Assembly (NCBI GenBank): GCA_965215015.1 | Contig: OZ244042.1 | Location: 2,080,001 to 2,144,000, forward strand | Direction: 5' to 3' | Length of the DNA: 64,000 nucleotides | Origin: Candidatus Poribacteria bacterium | GTDB lineage: Bacteria; Poribacteria; WGA-4E; PCPOR2b | In this document: piece by piece, positions 20,974 through 30,521 of the stretch | Numbering within the stretch: the first letter of the stretch is position 1 | Layout of the letters: every line of letters starts with the position of its first letter | Translations under genes and position numbers: made by a program | Notes under the pieces: model-generated | What the model was told of the DNA's origin: nothing | What the model saw: the letters and a program-made list of their open reading frames with translations, nothing else | Database searches by the model: none

Positions 20974-21304
20974 ACGGGATGCCTACCTTAAAACACTACA
21001 GGACGTTTTAATCTGCGCCGCCAACTCGAATCCACGAATATGGGAGGATTACACCGAAGGGCCCCATTGCCAAGTTGAGGCGGAGGTTCATCGAGCGAGA
21101 GAAAAGACAGACAAGGTGCTTCAGATTTTCCTCGATGAATGGGAAAGGCGCGGCGGTGACGCGGCTCAACTGCTAGATCCATCGAAGCGGAAAGGGAGAA
21201 GCCGGCGGAAAAACCCTATGATACCCTCAAAGGGTTTCAAGATTTCCTTGAGTAACGATTCGCAACGACCTACCTTGTCGAAACCGTCAGAAACAGAGAC
21301 CTGA
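20957..21304 (+). CDS. hypothetical protein, possibly 5'-truncated
   Basis: 115-aa ORF whose TTG start lies inside the repeat end. Confidence 0.35.
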   Translation: MIQTIKRDAYLKTLQDVLICAANSNPRIWEDYTEGPHCQVEAEVHRAREKTDKVLQIFLDEWERRGGDAAQLLDPSKRKGRSRRKNPMIPSKGFKISLSNDSQRPTLSKPSETET

Positions 21305-21387
21305 GATTTTATCAGAATCTTTCGATCTAAACCCCGTTTTTTAAGATGAAGATACAGATTGGCAAACGGTATTCAGTCAAAAAACGG

Positions 21388-21416
21388 TTGAAATTGCAGG
21401 CAAAATGGGGTATACT
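21388..21416 (+). promoter_or_regulatory. sigma70-like promoter
   Basis: TTGAAA-17bp-TATACT. Confidence 0.55.
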
Positions 21417-21501
21417 TGTTTTGCGTTTCATGAGGAATTTTCACCCTACCACTTGGGAGTGTCCCTCACCCCCAAGTGAAATGGAGATGAAAGCCGCTCC
21501 G

Positions 21502-21570
21502 ATGAAGACCCACCAGTTCAAAATGTATAGCCATCACGGCAACCGTGAGTTACACAAGATGCTAGACAGA
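21502..21570 (+). pseudogene. probable TnpB N-terminal stub
   Basis: MKTHQFKMYSHHGNRELHKML resembles TnpB N-termini; preceded by a hairpin (CACTTGGG...CCCAAGTG) and cut off at the inverted repeat. Confidence 0.45.
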
Positions 21571-22844
21571 ACTTACCTGAGAGGTGCTCATAAATCCCAT
21601 TCGTGAAATCGTGCCAGCGGAGGGGGCACATTTTTCAGACGTTGGCATGGCAAAATAGGAGTATCTACATAACAGATGAATGAGGAAATACAACTCGAAC
21701 CGCTAGATCCATCTACATATGAAGAAGAGCCCGGATATGAATTCAAATCTATGTTTATTGGCAGTGATCTGTCATATACAGTAGTGATCCGCTTTGTGGA
21801 TCTAACAACTATTGTGCCAGGCATTAACCTACATTCGTATTCTAAATCTGATACGTTGATTAAATATTCTGAAGCACGATTTTCACCTGTTTCATCAGAT
21901 CCAGCGAACTGCATTCAACTTGCAACACCCTCTTACTATCGGAAACTTGAAGGAGGAGAGAATTTAGAGCTCATAGCGGATGATAGAGAGAGTGCATACA
22001 TTGAGTCACTTAATTGGAATAGTTTTAGCAACAATCCAAGTGGAAAAATAACATGGGCGCGAAATAACTTTTGGTTGTACTGTGCTTCAATTGACCCGAA
22101 TATAAATTATACAAGAAAAAAACAAATGAAGCATCTTTCTCCAAGCTATAATTTCATGACAAAAATAAAAGAACCATCCGAGTTCGCTAAACAGTTAGGA
22201 CGCGATTTTGGAAAACAGATCGAGTTGGATAGGGACTTAGGGTGTGACTCTCCTGGTTGGCACACTATTTTGACAAAGCAAAGCAAGTCTTTGGGGGACT
22301 ATTTCGTCACCGTTGATCATGGTCCGGTCATTTATTTGGATGATGATAAAATCGAAAGATTATTTAACGATTATTCTAAACAACATTGGGGGAGCATTGT
22401 TCCATTTGTGAAGCGTAAAGAGTATAACAAGCAACGAGAGTACAGATTTCTTATTAGCGTCCAGTCTCATAGTCCAAATCAAAATACCTTTTATCTAAAG
22501 GTTTCGGATGAACTCAAAAGTTTGATGGTACCAGAAGAAAGTCTATGGCATTGATTGAAAATACGTTGTGGTAATTGAACTTCCGGATTGGGAATATGTC
22601 AGATATGGAAAAGCACGCTGTTTTGAATCTCCCGACTTGTCGAGGATTTCTCCGATTCTCGGAGTTCTCGGAACGAAATCGGCGTTTCTAGGCCCCGATG
22701 AGACTTGAAACGCCGGAGCCGAGCGACCTGTCCCAACCTATCGGAGAGCATCAGGGTAATAATCCGCGCCATCTGTTTAATCCGTGATTCAGATTGCTAT
22801 TAAGAAACCTGAGTATCCTAATTATGAGCACCCTTCAGGTAAAT
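21571..22844. mobile_element. segment bounded by GAAGGGTGCTCATAA-family inverted repeats carrying one gene
   Basis: TTACCTGAGAGGTGCTCATAA (21573-21593) versus TTATGAGCACCCTTCAGGTAA (22822-22842): 19 of 21 positions inverted-identical. Confidence 0.65.
21676..22554 (+). CDS. hypothetical protein (AT-rich cargo gene)
   Basis: 292 aa, visibly AT-richer than host genes; LYCAS and F.KR..Y..QREYRF motifs. Confidence 0.8.
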   Translation: MNEEIQLEPLDPSTYEEEPGYEFKSMFIGSDLSYTVVIRFVDLTTIVPGINLHSYSKSDTLIKYSEARFSPVSSDPANCIQLATPSYYRKLEGGENLELIADDRESAYIESLNWNSFSNNPSGKITWARNNFWLYCASIDPNINYTRKKQMKHLSPSYNFMTKIKEPSEFAKQLGRDFGKQIELDRDLGCDSPGWHTILTKQSKSLGDYFVTVDHGPVIYLDDDKIERLFNDYSKQHWGSIVPFVKRKEYNKQREYRFLISVQSHSPNQNTFYLKVSDELKSLMVPEESLWH

Positions 22845-22943
22845 AACCGGCAGGCAGCAAAACCGTCTGTTTATACCAGATGAAATACTCAATCTAATCA
22901 TGACAGAAAGAACAAAATCAATCAACCCAAGGCAGGATGTGAT

Positions 22944-23672
22944 ATGAGCCAAACGGATGTAGGTCTATCCAATCTGCCCGATAGGTGGGTGTGGACGACG
23001 TTGGAAGAAGTAAGTGAACTGAATCCGAGAATGGATAAGCAAAGTATTGACGATAATTTAGAAATCACATTTCTGCCGATGAAAAACGTCGAAGCATTCA
23101 GTGGGAAAATAGATTTATCTGAAACAAAACAGTTTTCAGAGCTGAAAACGAAAAGCTACACCCCCTTTCAAGATGGCGATATTCTCTTTGCGAAAGTGAC
23201 TCCGTGTATGGAGAATGGCAAAATCGCCATTGCCCATAACTTGAAAAACGGAATTGGCTTCGGTTCGACAGAGTTTCATGTGATTCGGTTGTCAGAAGAC
23301 CAATCAAAGCAATTCTTTTTCTTCTATTTTTTACAACAGCAGTTTAGGCAAGAAGCCAAAAGGGCAATGACCAGTGGAGCGGGTCTATTGAGAGTACCAA
23401 CTGATTACATGCGAAAAGTTCCGATTCCCCTTCCTCCACTCCCCGAACAACAAGCCATCGTTTCCGCAGTTGAATCTCGACTCTCCGTCGCAGACGAAGT
23501 GGAGAAAACCGTTACGGTGGAATTGAAACGCGCCGAGCGATTGCGTCAGTCAATTCTCAAAAAAGCCTTCTCTGGGCAATTGGTGCCGCAAGACCCAAAC
23601 GATGAGCCTGCCAGCGTCTTGCTTGAACGGATTAAGTCTGGCCCAGTACCTGATCCGGAAGCAGAAAATTGA
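22944..23672 (+). CDS. hsdS: type I R-M specificity subunit, half-length (single TRD)
   Basis: LPDRWVWTTLEEV, GDILFAKVTPCMENGK, GSTEFHV, PLPPLPEQ and LRQSILKKAFSGQLVPQDPNDEPASVLLERI. Confidence 0.9.
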   Translation: MSQTDVGLSNLPDRWVWTTLEEVSELNPRMDKQSIDDNLEITFLPMKNVEAFSGKIDLSETKQFSELKTKSYTPFQDGDILFAKVTPCMENGKIAIAHNLKNGIGFGSTEFHVIRLSEDQSKQFFFFYFLQQQFRQEAKRAMTSGAGLLRVPTDYMRKVPIPLPPLPEQQAIVSAVESRLSVADEVEKTVTVELKRAERLRQSILKKAFSGQLVPQDPNDEPASVLLERIKSGPVPDPEAEN

Positions 23673-23874
23673 AGGCACAACCGCAAAAACAACACTCTTG
23701 AAAGTGGAAAACCAGGACCCAATTGGAGCAATCCAGTTGAACGTTAAAGATGCAATTGGCATTTTTAACAGTATAGTCTTATTTTAACATAATAACGTTA
23801 TAAAAGATGCAGTTGGAATAGTGGTCAGTGGAAACCTATGCTAAACTGATTTCAAAATAGGTTGGTGAAATATT

Positions 23875-24693
23875 ATGAAAACCCCACAAAAGAAACTCGA
23901 TTTCGCGCACCCTCCCGTAGACGAGGTAGTGTTAAGTGTGCTTTTCAAGCCGCTTGATAAGTTCCTCGCGCCCCATCTTGGTGAGATCTGGCATGAATAT
24001 AAACAGATTGGCTTTGTGCACGTCACGGAACAACCTCCGGTTCCTCCCGCGGTAGAAAAGTTTCCAAATTCAATCAAAGAGCGGCGGGTGCATATTAGTA
24101 ATCTCCCTAATCTTGCACGAATTTGGTTTATCCACGAAGATGATAGCCAAATCATACAGGTACAACGTGATCGATTTATGTTCAACTGGCGTAGAACCGA
24201 GTCGGCTCAGAAATACCCCGGCTTTTCAGCTATTTTTGAAAAATTTGAGGGGTTCTATAACCGTTTCGGTGAAATCATCAAAAATATGGAAGTTGGTGTG
24301 ATAACTCCGTTGCAGTATGAATTGACCTACATTGATCAGCTATTTCGCGGGGCCGGTTGGGAAACGCTTGATGATATTGGGAAAATTTACAACCTGTTTA
24401 TTCATTCCCAACAATCGGATTCATTTTGGTCAGGTGCCGAATCTGCGATTTTGCGCACATCATTTCCCGTTGAGGATTTACACGGCCGGCTATATCTGAC
24501 CATCAGTAATCGAGTAAAGATGCCTCAACAACAGCAAACGCTACAAACAGACTTTACAATGCGTGGTTTTCCTGAGAACGCGGAATATGCAATGGGAGCA
24601 TGGTTTAAGTCGGCGCGTGATCGGATTTCCGAAAAATTCGCCAGTATATTTACGGAAGACATCCAAACACAAGTGTGGGGGAGGAAATCATGA
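23875..24693 (+). CDS. TIGR04255 family protein
   Basis: F..PPV.EVV..V.F N-terminus, R.WF......IIQVQ.DRF.FNWR, YP.F, LTYID and C-terminal F..IFT.......W. Confidence 0.8.
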   Translation: MKTPQKKLDFAHPPVDEVVLSVLFKPLDKFLAPHLGEIWHEYKQIGFVHVTEQPPVPPAVEKFPNSIKERRVHISNLPNLARIWFIHEDDSQIIQVQRDRFMFNWRRTESAQKYPGFSAIFEKFEGFYNRFGEIIKNMEVGVITPLQYELTYIDQLFRGAGWETLDDIGKIYNLFIHSQQSDSFWSGAESAILRTSFPVEDLHGRLYLTISNRVKMPQQQQTLQTDFTMRGFPENAEYAMGAWFKSARDRISEKFASIFTEDIQTQVWGRKS

Positions 24694-25166
24694 GCTTGTC
24701 TAGTATCGATGAACCAACAGCTGACTTTGGACAGAGCCAAAACTATCGGCTTCAAAGACCAAAGGACGAGCTAGTAACTCACCTATCCACCGAGACTGAC
24801 CCGTATCTTTCTCGCATAAACTTCGTTGAACGACAACTAGAGGAAATACGGCGAGATGCTGAAGAAGCATATCGTTTGGATAATGGAATTGATCTTGTAC
24901 CGAAATCCGCTTATGAGGATGCACGTCGGTTAATAATGGAGATTTATCATGAAATCCCAATGCCTGATATCATGTGGTCCGAAGATGGAGCGATTGGGTT
25001 GGAATGGCGCCCGGGCAACGGTATCGCAACGATGAGTCTATACGGAGACAAGCTTGTCATCTACGGTGCTTTTTTTAGTAACGAGCGTCAAGTCGAAGGA
25101 GTTTGTGCACTGTCAGATACTGTCTTATTGCAAGGTTTTCTTACAACGTTGAGTAACCTCTTTTAA
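24690..25166 (+). CDS. acidic hypothetical protein
   Basis: ATGA overlap with the TIGR04255 gene; P.PDI...EDGAIGLEW motif. Confidence 0.8.
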   Translation: MSLSSIDEPTADFGQSQNYRLQRPKDELVTHLSTETDPYLSRINFVERQLEEIRRDAEEAYRLDNGIDLVPKSAYEDARRLIMEIYHEIPMPDIMWSEDGAIGLEWRPGNGIATMSLYGDKLVIYGAFFSNERQVEGVCALSDTVLLQGFLTTLSNLF

Positions 25167-25179
25167 TAAAAGGCTTGAT

Positions 25180-25575
25180 ATGAATGTTCCCCCGGCTGAG
25201 AGACTCACTCGTTTTATTTTTTCTAAAAGTCATTTTTCCGTTGAAAACAAGAAAGTCAAATTTCAGGCGTTTATTCCTCCTTCAAATAGTGAGGATCTAT
25301 CTGTGTATCGTATTTCAGGGCTCTCAGACAGCGAAGTGTGGGCGATTGGCCGGGAGTATGTCCAACGCAAAGAAAGGCTTATAAAAGCGAGGGCGGATTT
25401 TTTGGCAGAGGTTGTTGAGGTTGCTTATGAGAATCATCTGACAGTCATTCCAGATACTGCCCCGCATAAACGACATGCGAATATCACACCGTTCCCGGCA
25501 GACAAGATCGCGCGCAATCGCATCGCAAGAAAACTAGCTCTTGCCAGTCAATTGGTAATAATGCCGCCGGTATAA
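25180..25575 (+). CDS. basic hypothetical protein, possible ADP-ribosyltransferase-like toxin
   Basis: ERLTRF, AF.P, DLSVYR and H.RHANI pattern; 13-bp gap from the previous gene. Confidence 0.7.
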   Translation: MNVPPAERLTRFIFSKSHFSVENKKVKFQAFIPPSNSEDLSVYRISGLSDSEVWAIGREYVQRKERLIKARADFLAEVVEVAYENHLTVIPDTAPHKRHANITPFPADKIARNRIARKLALASQLVIMPPV

Positions 25576-25615
25576 ATGTATTATCTTACACAACCGCAGG
25601 AGAATCATCCCGAAA

Positions 25616-27070
25616 ATGCCAAACCATTCATCAGCCATCGTGCAAAAACTGTGGAATTATTGTAATGTCCTTCGCGATGATGGGATCAGCTACGGCGACT
25701 ATGTGGAACAGTTGACCTATCTTCTATTTCTAAAAATGGCAGACGAGCAGGCCAAACTACCGTATAGAGATGAGTCCGTTGTGCCCGTGGGTCTAGACTG
25801 GGAAAGTCTCGTTGACAAGGAAGGCGATGCTCTTGAAAAGCACTACCGCCATATCCTCAATACACTGGCTCTGGAAAGTGGTACGCTCGGTGTAATTTTC
25901 AGAAAATCCCAAAACAAGATTCAAGATCCCGCCAAACTCAAGCGAATCATTCAACTGATCAACGATGAAACATGGATCGGGCTGGATATCGATGTGAAAG
26001 GGGATATCTACGAAGGTTTGCTGCAGAAAAACGCAGAAGATATCAAAAGCGGCGCGGGCCAATACTTCACGCCCCGCCCCCTGATCCAAGCAATTGTGGA
26101 GGTGATGAGGCCGGAACCGATGCAAACCATCTGCGATCCAGCGTGCGGCACCGGAGGCTTCTTCCTAGCAGCCTATGACTATCTAGCAAGCAGAAGCGAT
26201 CAGCTGGACAGGGAACAGAAACAGTTTCTCAAAGATAACACCTTTCACGGTGTGGACCTGGTGGACAGTGTAGTGAGGCTATGTGTGATGAATCTGTACC
26301 TTCACGGTATCGGTGGAGACAAAAGCCCTGTCCGAACAGGGGATAGCCTGATTTCGGATACGGGGCAACGCTTTGACATGGTGTTGACCAATCCGCCCTT
26401 CGGCAAGAAGAGTAGCATCACGATTGCGGACGAAAAAGGGAGAGCGGGAAAAAATTCACTTATCTATGAGCGGGAGGATTTTTGGGCGACTACCTCCAAC
26501 AAACAACTGAACTTCCTGCAGCATGTCAAAACAATTCTGAAAATCAATGGCAGGGCAGCGGTTGTCGTACCAGATAACGTCCTGTTTGAAGGAGGTGCGG
26601 GGGAGACCGTTCGCAAGAAGTTACTACACGAGTGCGATGTCCATACATTGCTCCGACTCCCGACCGGCATCTTTTATGCACAAGGCGTCAAGGCAAATGT
26701 CCTGTTCTTCGATCGCAGAACCGCAAGCGAAACCCCACGGACAGAGAAACTGTGGATTTACGACCTACGAACCAACCGGCGATTCACACTGAAAACGAAA
26801 CAGATGCACTACGACGACCTGCACGATTTCATCGCCTGCTACAATTCCGACAACCGCCATGATCGGAAAGAGACCGAACGGTTTAAGTCGTTTTCCTACG
26901 ATGAGCTGATGCAGCGAGACAAGGTCAGTCTTGATCGCCTCTGGTTGCGAGACGAAAGCCTTGAGGATACCGAGAATCTGCCGGAACCTGATGAATTGGC
27001 AGAGGATATCGCTGCGAATCTGATGGCAGCATCAGAGCAGTTTCAGGACATTTATGAGGGACTCGCTTAG
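25616..27070 (+). CDS. hsdM: type I R-M DNA methyltransferase subunit M
   Basis: KLWNYCNVLRDDG, GQYFTPR, DPACGTGGF and NPPF motifs; full length. Confidence 0.96.
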   Translation: MPNHSSAIVQKLWNYCNVLRDDGISYGDYVEQLTYLLFLKMADEQAKLPYRDESVVPVGLDWESLVDKEGDALEKHYRHILNTLALESGTLGVIFRKSQNKIQDPAKLKRIIQLINDETWIGLDIDVKGDIYEGLLQKNAEDIKSGAGQYFTPRPLIQAIVEVMRPEPMQTICDPACGTGGFFLAAYDYLASRSDQLDREQKQFLKDNTFHGVDLVDSVVRLCVMNLYLHGIGGDKSPVRTGDSLISDTGQRFDMVLTNPPFGKKSSITIADEKGRAGKNSLIYEREDFWATTSNKQLNFLQHVKTILKINGRAAVVVPDNVLFEGGAGETVRKKLLHECDVHTLLRLPTGIFYAQGVKANVLFFDRRTASETPRTEKLWIYDLRTNRRFTLKTKQMHYDDLHDFIACYNSDNRHDRKETERFKSFSYDELMQRDKVSLDRLWLRDESLEDTENLPEPDELAEDIAANLMAASEQFQDIYEGLA

Positions 27071-27120
27071 TAAACCTCTTCTCCAAGTGCCCCGAAGTAG
27101 GGAAAAATAATTGTTGCTCT

Positions 27121-27292
27121 CTAGGTTCTGTTGGCATTTCATTGCAACCAGATAATCGCAGGGTCTGCACAGACGCATGGCCCTCCGTAGGGGGTGGGTC
27201 CCCCAACCCTCGGTTTACACATCAGGGACAACCCCGGACCGCTGGTGGTCAATTTGCCAAAATCAAAAATACCGAGTACATTGCACTATAGT
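27121..27292 (+). mobile_element. MITE-like element, CTAG/GTTCTGTTGACAT family, with internal GTAG REP-like hairpin
   Basis: Starts CTAGGTTCTGTTGGCATTT; contains GTAGGGGGTGGGTCCCCCAACCC. Confidence 0.55.
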
Positions 27293-27415
27293 CTGGGTGT
27301 TTCTCAATGAGACCGGCGTGTAAGGCAACATATAGGGTATTTTCGGGGCATGAAGCCGCGCAATCCGCTTCATCAGTTTAATCCGTGATTCAGACAATTA
27401 TTATTAGCACCCCTC
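27293..27415 (+). mobile_element. degenerate GAAGGGTG-family MITE
   Basis: Right end AATCCGTGATTCAGACAATTATTATTAGCACCCCTC. Confidence 0.5.
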
Positions 27416-27434
27416 ACATAAGTGTCAATATACC

Positions 27435-27998
27435 CTACCCGTTCAGGAAATTCTTCAACAGCTTTTTCCCTTCGCTGGTCAGGATCGACTCCGGATGGAA
27501 CTGCACCCCCCAGATCGGATAATCTTTATGCCGAACCCCCATAATTTCGTCTTGGTCCGTCCACGCAGTGAGTTCAAGGCAATCCGGCAGCGTCTCCTTT
27601 TTCACAATCAGAGAATGGTAGCGTGTCGCCTCAAACGGGTTTTCAAGGTCGTCGAAAATTTGCTCACCGTTGTGGTGAATCATTGACGTTTTGCCGTGCA
27701 TCAAGCGGCCCGCACGGACGATATCGCCGCCAAACACATCGCCGATACACTGATGCCCCAAGCAGACGCCGAGAAGGGGCACACGCCCGGCAAAATGACG
27801 GATCAGATCGCAGGAAATGCCTGCCTCCCGAGGTGTGCAGGGCCCCGGCGATATGACAATCTTCTCCGGCGGGAGGACGTCAATCTGGTCGAGCGTGATT
27901 TTATCATTGCGATGGACGACAAGGTCCGCACCTAACTCGCCGAGGTATTGCACGAGGTTGTAGGTAAATGAATCATAATTGTCAATCATCAATATCAT
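27435..27998 (-). CDS. trpG: anthranilate synthase component II (glutamine amidotransferase)
   Basis: [22 protein letters not shown] and QFHPES motifs; same operon as trpE. Confidence 0.93.
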   Translation of the reverse strand: MILMIDNYDSFTYNLVQYLGELGADLVVHRNDKITLDQIDVLPPEKIVISPGPCTPREAGISCDLIRHFAGRVPLLGVCLGHQCIGDVFGGDIVRAGRLMHGKTSMIHHNGEQIFDDLENPFEATRYHSLIVKKETLPDCLELTAWTDQDEIMGVRHKDYPIWGVQFHPESILTSEGKKLLKNFLNG

Positions 27999-28009
27999 AG
28001 GTTTGTCTC

Positions 28010-28390
28010 CTAACCCTGCACCTTTCCCACCTCAAAATCCTCTAAAAACTTCCTCATGGTCTCAAGGCGGAAGCGCCCACAATGCGCTGGATCTAAAAAG
28101 AAATCCCAGACAAAATTGGCAGAGTTTTGTTTCACCTGAGAGATGAGGGTATCGTAATTCTCTTCAATTCTTTCCTCAATCTGCGCTTTTGAAAACGAAT
28201 AGATTGGGTCAATTGATAGCACCGTATTTCCCAGAGCATTCATTTCGCTGTTAAAACTAGCAGGTCCGTCACCAACGCCGAGTAGGCATAAGTTCAGTTC
28301 CGCATCAGAGAGATTGAACATCCGCTTATACTCTTGTAGCGATCTGCCCCAAGGGATGACTTGGTTAAGTGTCACACTCACGGTTTGCAC
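28010..28390 (-). pseudogene. SAM-dependent methyltransferase-like N-terminal fragment
   Basis: PWGRSL.EY..MF.L and GDGPASFN motifs, but only 126 aa. Confidence 0.6.
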
Positions 28391-28402
28391 CCTATTGCCG
28401 AT

Positions 28403-29887
28403 TTATTCCAGGCCAGCCTCTGCGAGTTCAATTGCTCGTAACCCCGCCCGCGCCTTGTTGACCGTTTCCGCGTATTCCGTTTCGGGCACAGAGTCTGCGA
28501 CAATCCCGCCGCCCGCCTGGACGTAGGCAATCCCATCTTTGACGACGAGCGTGCGAATCGTAATCGCTGTATCTGCACTACCCGAGAAACTGAAGTAACC
28601 AACAGCTCCGCCATAAGGGCCCCGCCGTGTCGGCTCAAGTTCATCGATAATCTCCATCGCCCGGATCTTGGGGGCACCGGATAGCGTCCCGGCAGGCAAG
28701 CAAGCGCGAATCACATCAAAGGGGGTCTGCCCCTCGCGCAATTCTCCGACAACATGCGAGACGATGTGCATCACATGCGAGTAGCGTTCGACCACCATCA
28801 TCTCACTCACGCGCACAGTGTGGTATTCGCAGACGCGCCCCAAATCGTTGCGTCCAAGGTCAACGAGCATGACATGTTCAGCCCGCTCCTTTGGATCGGC
28901 GAGAAGTTCCATTGCCAACGCCTCATCTTCAGCCGGGGTTGCGCCACGCGGGCGGGTGCCTGCGATTGGACGCATCTCCGCAACACCGTCCTCAACGCGC
29001 ACCATCATTTCAGGCGAGGCACCAGCAATCTGGAGTTCATCAAACTTGAGGTAATACATATAAGGTGAAGGGTTCACCGTGCGCAACGCGCGATAAGCAT
29101 CGAATGTATCGACTGATAGCGGCACGGTAAAACGTTGAGACGGCACGACCTGAATGATGTCTCCCGCGGCGATATACTCCTTTGCCCGAAGGACAACCTG
29201 ATGGTAATCTTCCTTCGTAAAGTTTGACGTGACAGGCACATTGCTTGGACTTGCAAGAGGCTTATTAGTATAATTCGTCAACAATGGCTGTTTGAGTTTA
29301 GCCATGAGTCCGTCAATCTGATCAAGCGCGTGTTCGTAGGCTTGGTCAACATCACCGTTAATATAGGCATTGGCGACCACCTTGATCTGATGGTTCACAT
29401 GATCAAACACAAGAAGCGTATCGGTGACCATGAAAAAGCAATCGGGGAGTTCCCGATCATCTTCGGTAGTGTCAGGGAGGTCCTCGACGAAACGCACCAT
29501 GTCGTAGTTTAGGTAGCCGACTGCCCCACCGTGAAACCGCGGCAATCCCTCGACCTCAACGGGTTGGTAGCGACCCATCAATGCTTCAAGCTCCGCTAAC
29601 GGGTCCTCACTTTCCAATTCAACCGTACCCCCGGTTCGGAGGTCATCAATCTGGACCAGATTGTCCCTGCTCCTAAGTAGGATTGATGGGGCACTGCCGA
29701 GAAACGAATACCGGGCGACGTGTTCTCCTCCTTCAACGCTTTCCAGCAGGAATGCGTGATCACTGGCTCCAATCTTGTAAAACGCGGACACAGGCGTTTC
29801 CATATCCGCCAGAATCTGTTTATAAACAGGAACCAAGTTTCCGTGTCGCGCTTTTTCTCGAAAAGCCTCTAAGCTTGGGTAATACAT
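28403..29887 (-). CDS. trpE: anthranilate synthase component I
   Basis: FLLESVEGG, GDIIQVVPSQRF, NPSPYMY, PIAGTRPRG, KERAEHVMLVDLGRND and GTLSGAPKIRAM motifs. Confidence 0.97.
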   Translation of the reverse strand: MYYPSLEAFREKARHGNLVPVYKQILADMETPVSAFYKIGASDHAFLLESVEGGEHVARYSFLGSAPSILLRSRDNLVQIDDLRTGGTVELESEDPLAELEALMGRYQPVEVEGLPRFHGGAVGYLNYDMVRFVEDLPDTTEDDRELPDCFFMVTDTLLVFDHVNHQIKVVANAYINGDVDQAYEHALDQIDGLMAKLKQPLLTNYTNKPLASPSNVPVTSNFTKEDYHQVVLRAKEYIAAGDIIQVVPSQRFTVPLSVDTFDAYRALRTVNPSPYMYYLKFDELQIAGASPEMMVRVEDGVAEMRPIAGTRPRGATPAEDEALAMELLADPKERAEHVMLVDLGRNDLGRVCEYHTVRVSEMMVVERYSHVMHIVSHVVGELREGQTPFDVIRACLPAGTLSGAPKIRAMEIIDELEPTRRGPYGGAVGYFSFSGSADTAITIRTLVVKDGIAYVQAGGGIVADSVPETEYAETVNKARAGLRAIELAEAGLE

Positions 29888-29907
29888 GGAAGTCTCCTTA
29901 AAATCTA

Positions 29908-30288
29908 TCAGTACACTGCATCCGGATCAAAAACCTTTTCACCAACAATACGGGTAGAGTTACCATCGGGGGAGACTTCCCGAAAGAAACAGGAGCGGTA
30001 GCCGACGTGGCACGCCCCACCTTTCTGTTCGACTTTGATGAGCAGCGCATCACCATCACAATCAAAGGCGACCGTTCGCACCGTTTGCGTGTGCCCTGAA
30101 GTCTCCCCCTTGATCCAGTATTCCTGGCGGGAGCGGCTCCAGAAGCAGACACGCCCTGATTCTAATGTTCTCCGCACTGCCTCGCGGTTCATATAGCCGA
30201 CCATGAGAACCTCGTTGTTCCGGTCATCCTGTATAATGGCTGGGATTAAGCCGTTCTGGTCGGTTTTGAGTTGATTTAGAATTTCCAT
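29908..30288 (-). CDS. hisI: phosphoribosyl-AMP cyclohydrolase
   Basis: WSRSR..W.KGETSGH, DCDGD and ACH.G..SCF motifs. Confidence 0.97.
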   Translation of the reverse strand: MEILNQLKTDQNGLIPAIIQDDRNNEVLMVGYMNREAVRRTLESGRVCFWSRSRQEYWIKGETSGHTQTVRTVAFDCDGDALLIKVEQKGGACHVGYRSCFFREVSPDGNSTRIVGEKVFDPDAVY

Positions 30289-30319
30289 TTTTTTTCCTCG
30301 TTTGGCAGAAAATAGACAT

Positions 30320-30360
30320 AAAAAAAGCCGTAGACAACGGGGGGCGTATGCCTACGGCTT
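30320..30360 (-). terminator. attenuator terminator hairpin
   Basis: Minus strand AAGCCGTAGGCA-loop-TGTCTACGGC followed by T7, ending about 31 nt before the hisI ATG. Confidence 0.85.
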
Positions 30361-30386
30361 CAGTTTCTAGATATGAGTCCAAAGGT

Positions 30387-30485
30387 TCATCTCAGCAAAG
30401 GCACACCACTTCCCTCAACACACCACCACCAATGCCAATGATGAAATACGATTTGAAATTGTGGTTGTCGGTTCAGAGTTTGCAT
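30387..30485 (-). CDS. His/Trp-rich leader peptide (32 aa)
   Basis: MQTLNRQPQFQIVFHHWHWWWCVEGSGVPLLR*; RBS GAAAGG; too short for the ORF track. Confidence 0.85.
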   Translation of the reverse strand: MQTLNRQPQFQIVFHHWHWWWCVEGSGVPLLR

Positions 30486-30521
30486 AGTACCTTTCAACTG
30501 CTTCTTTGTCAGATTGCTTAA

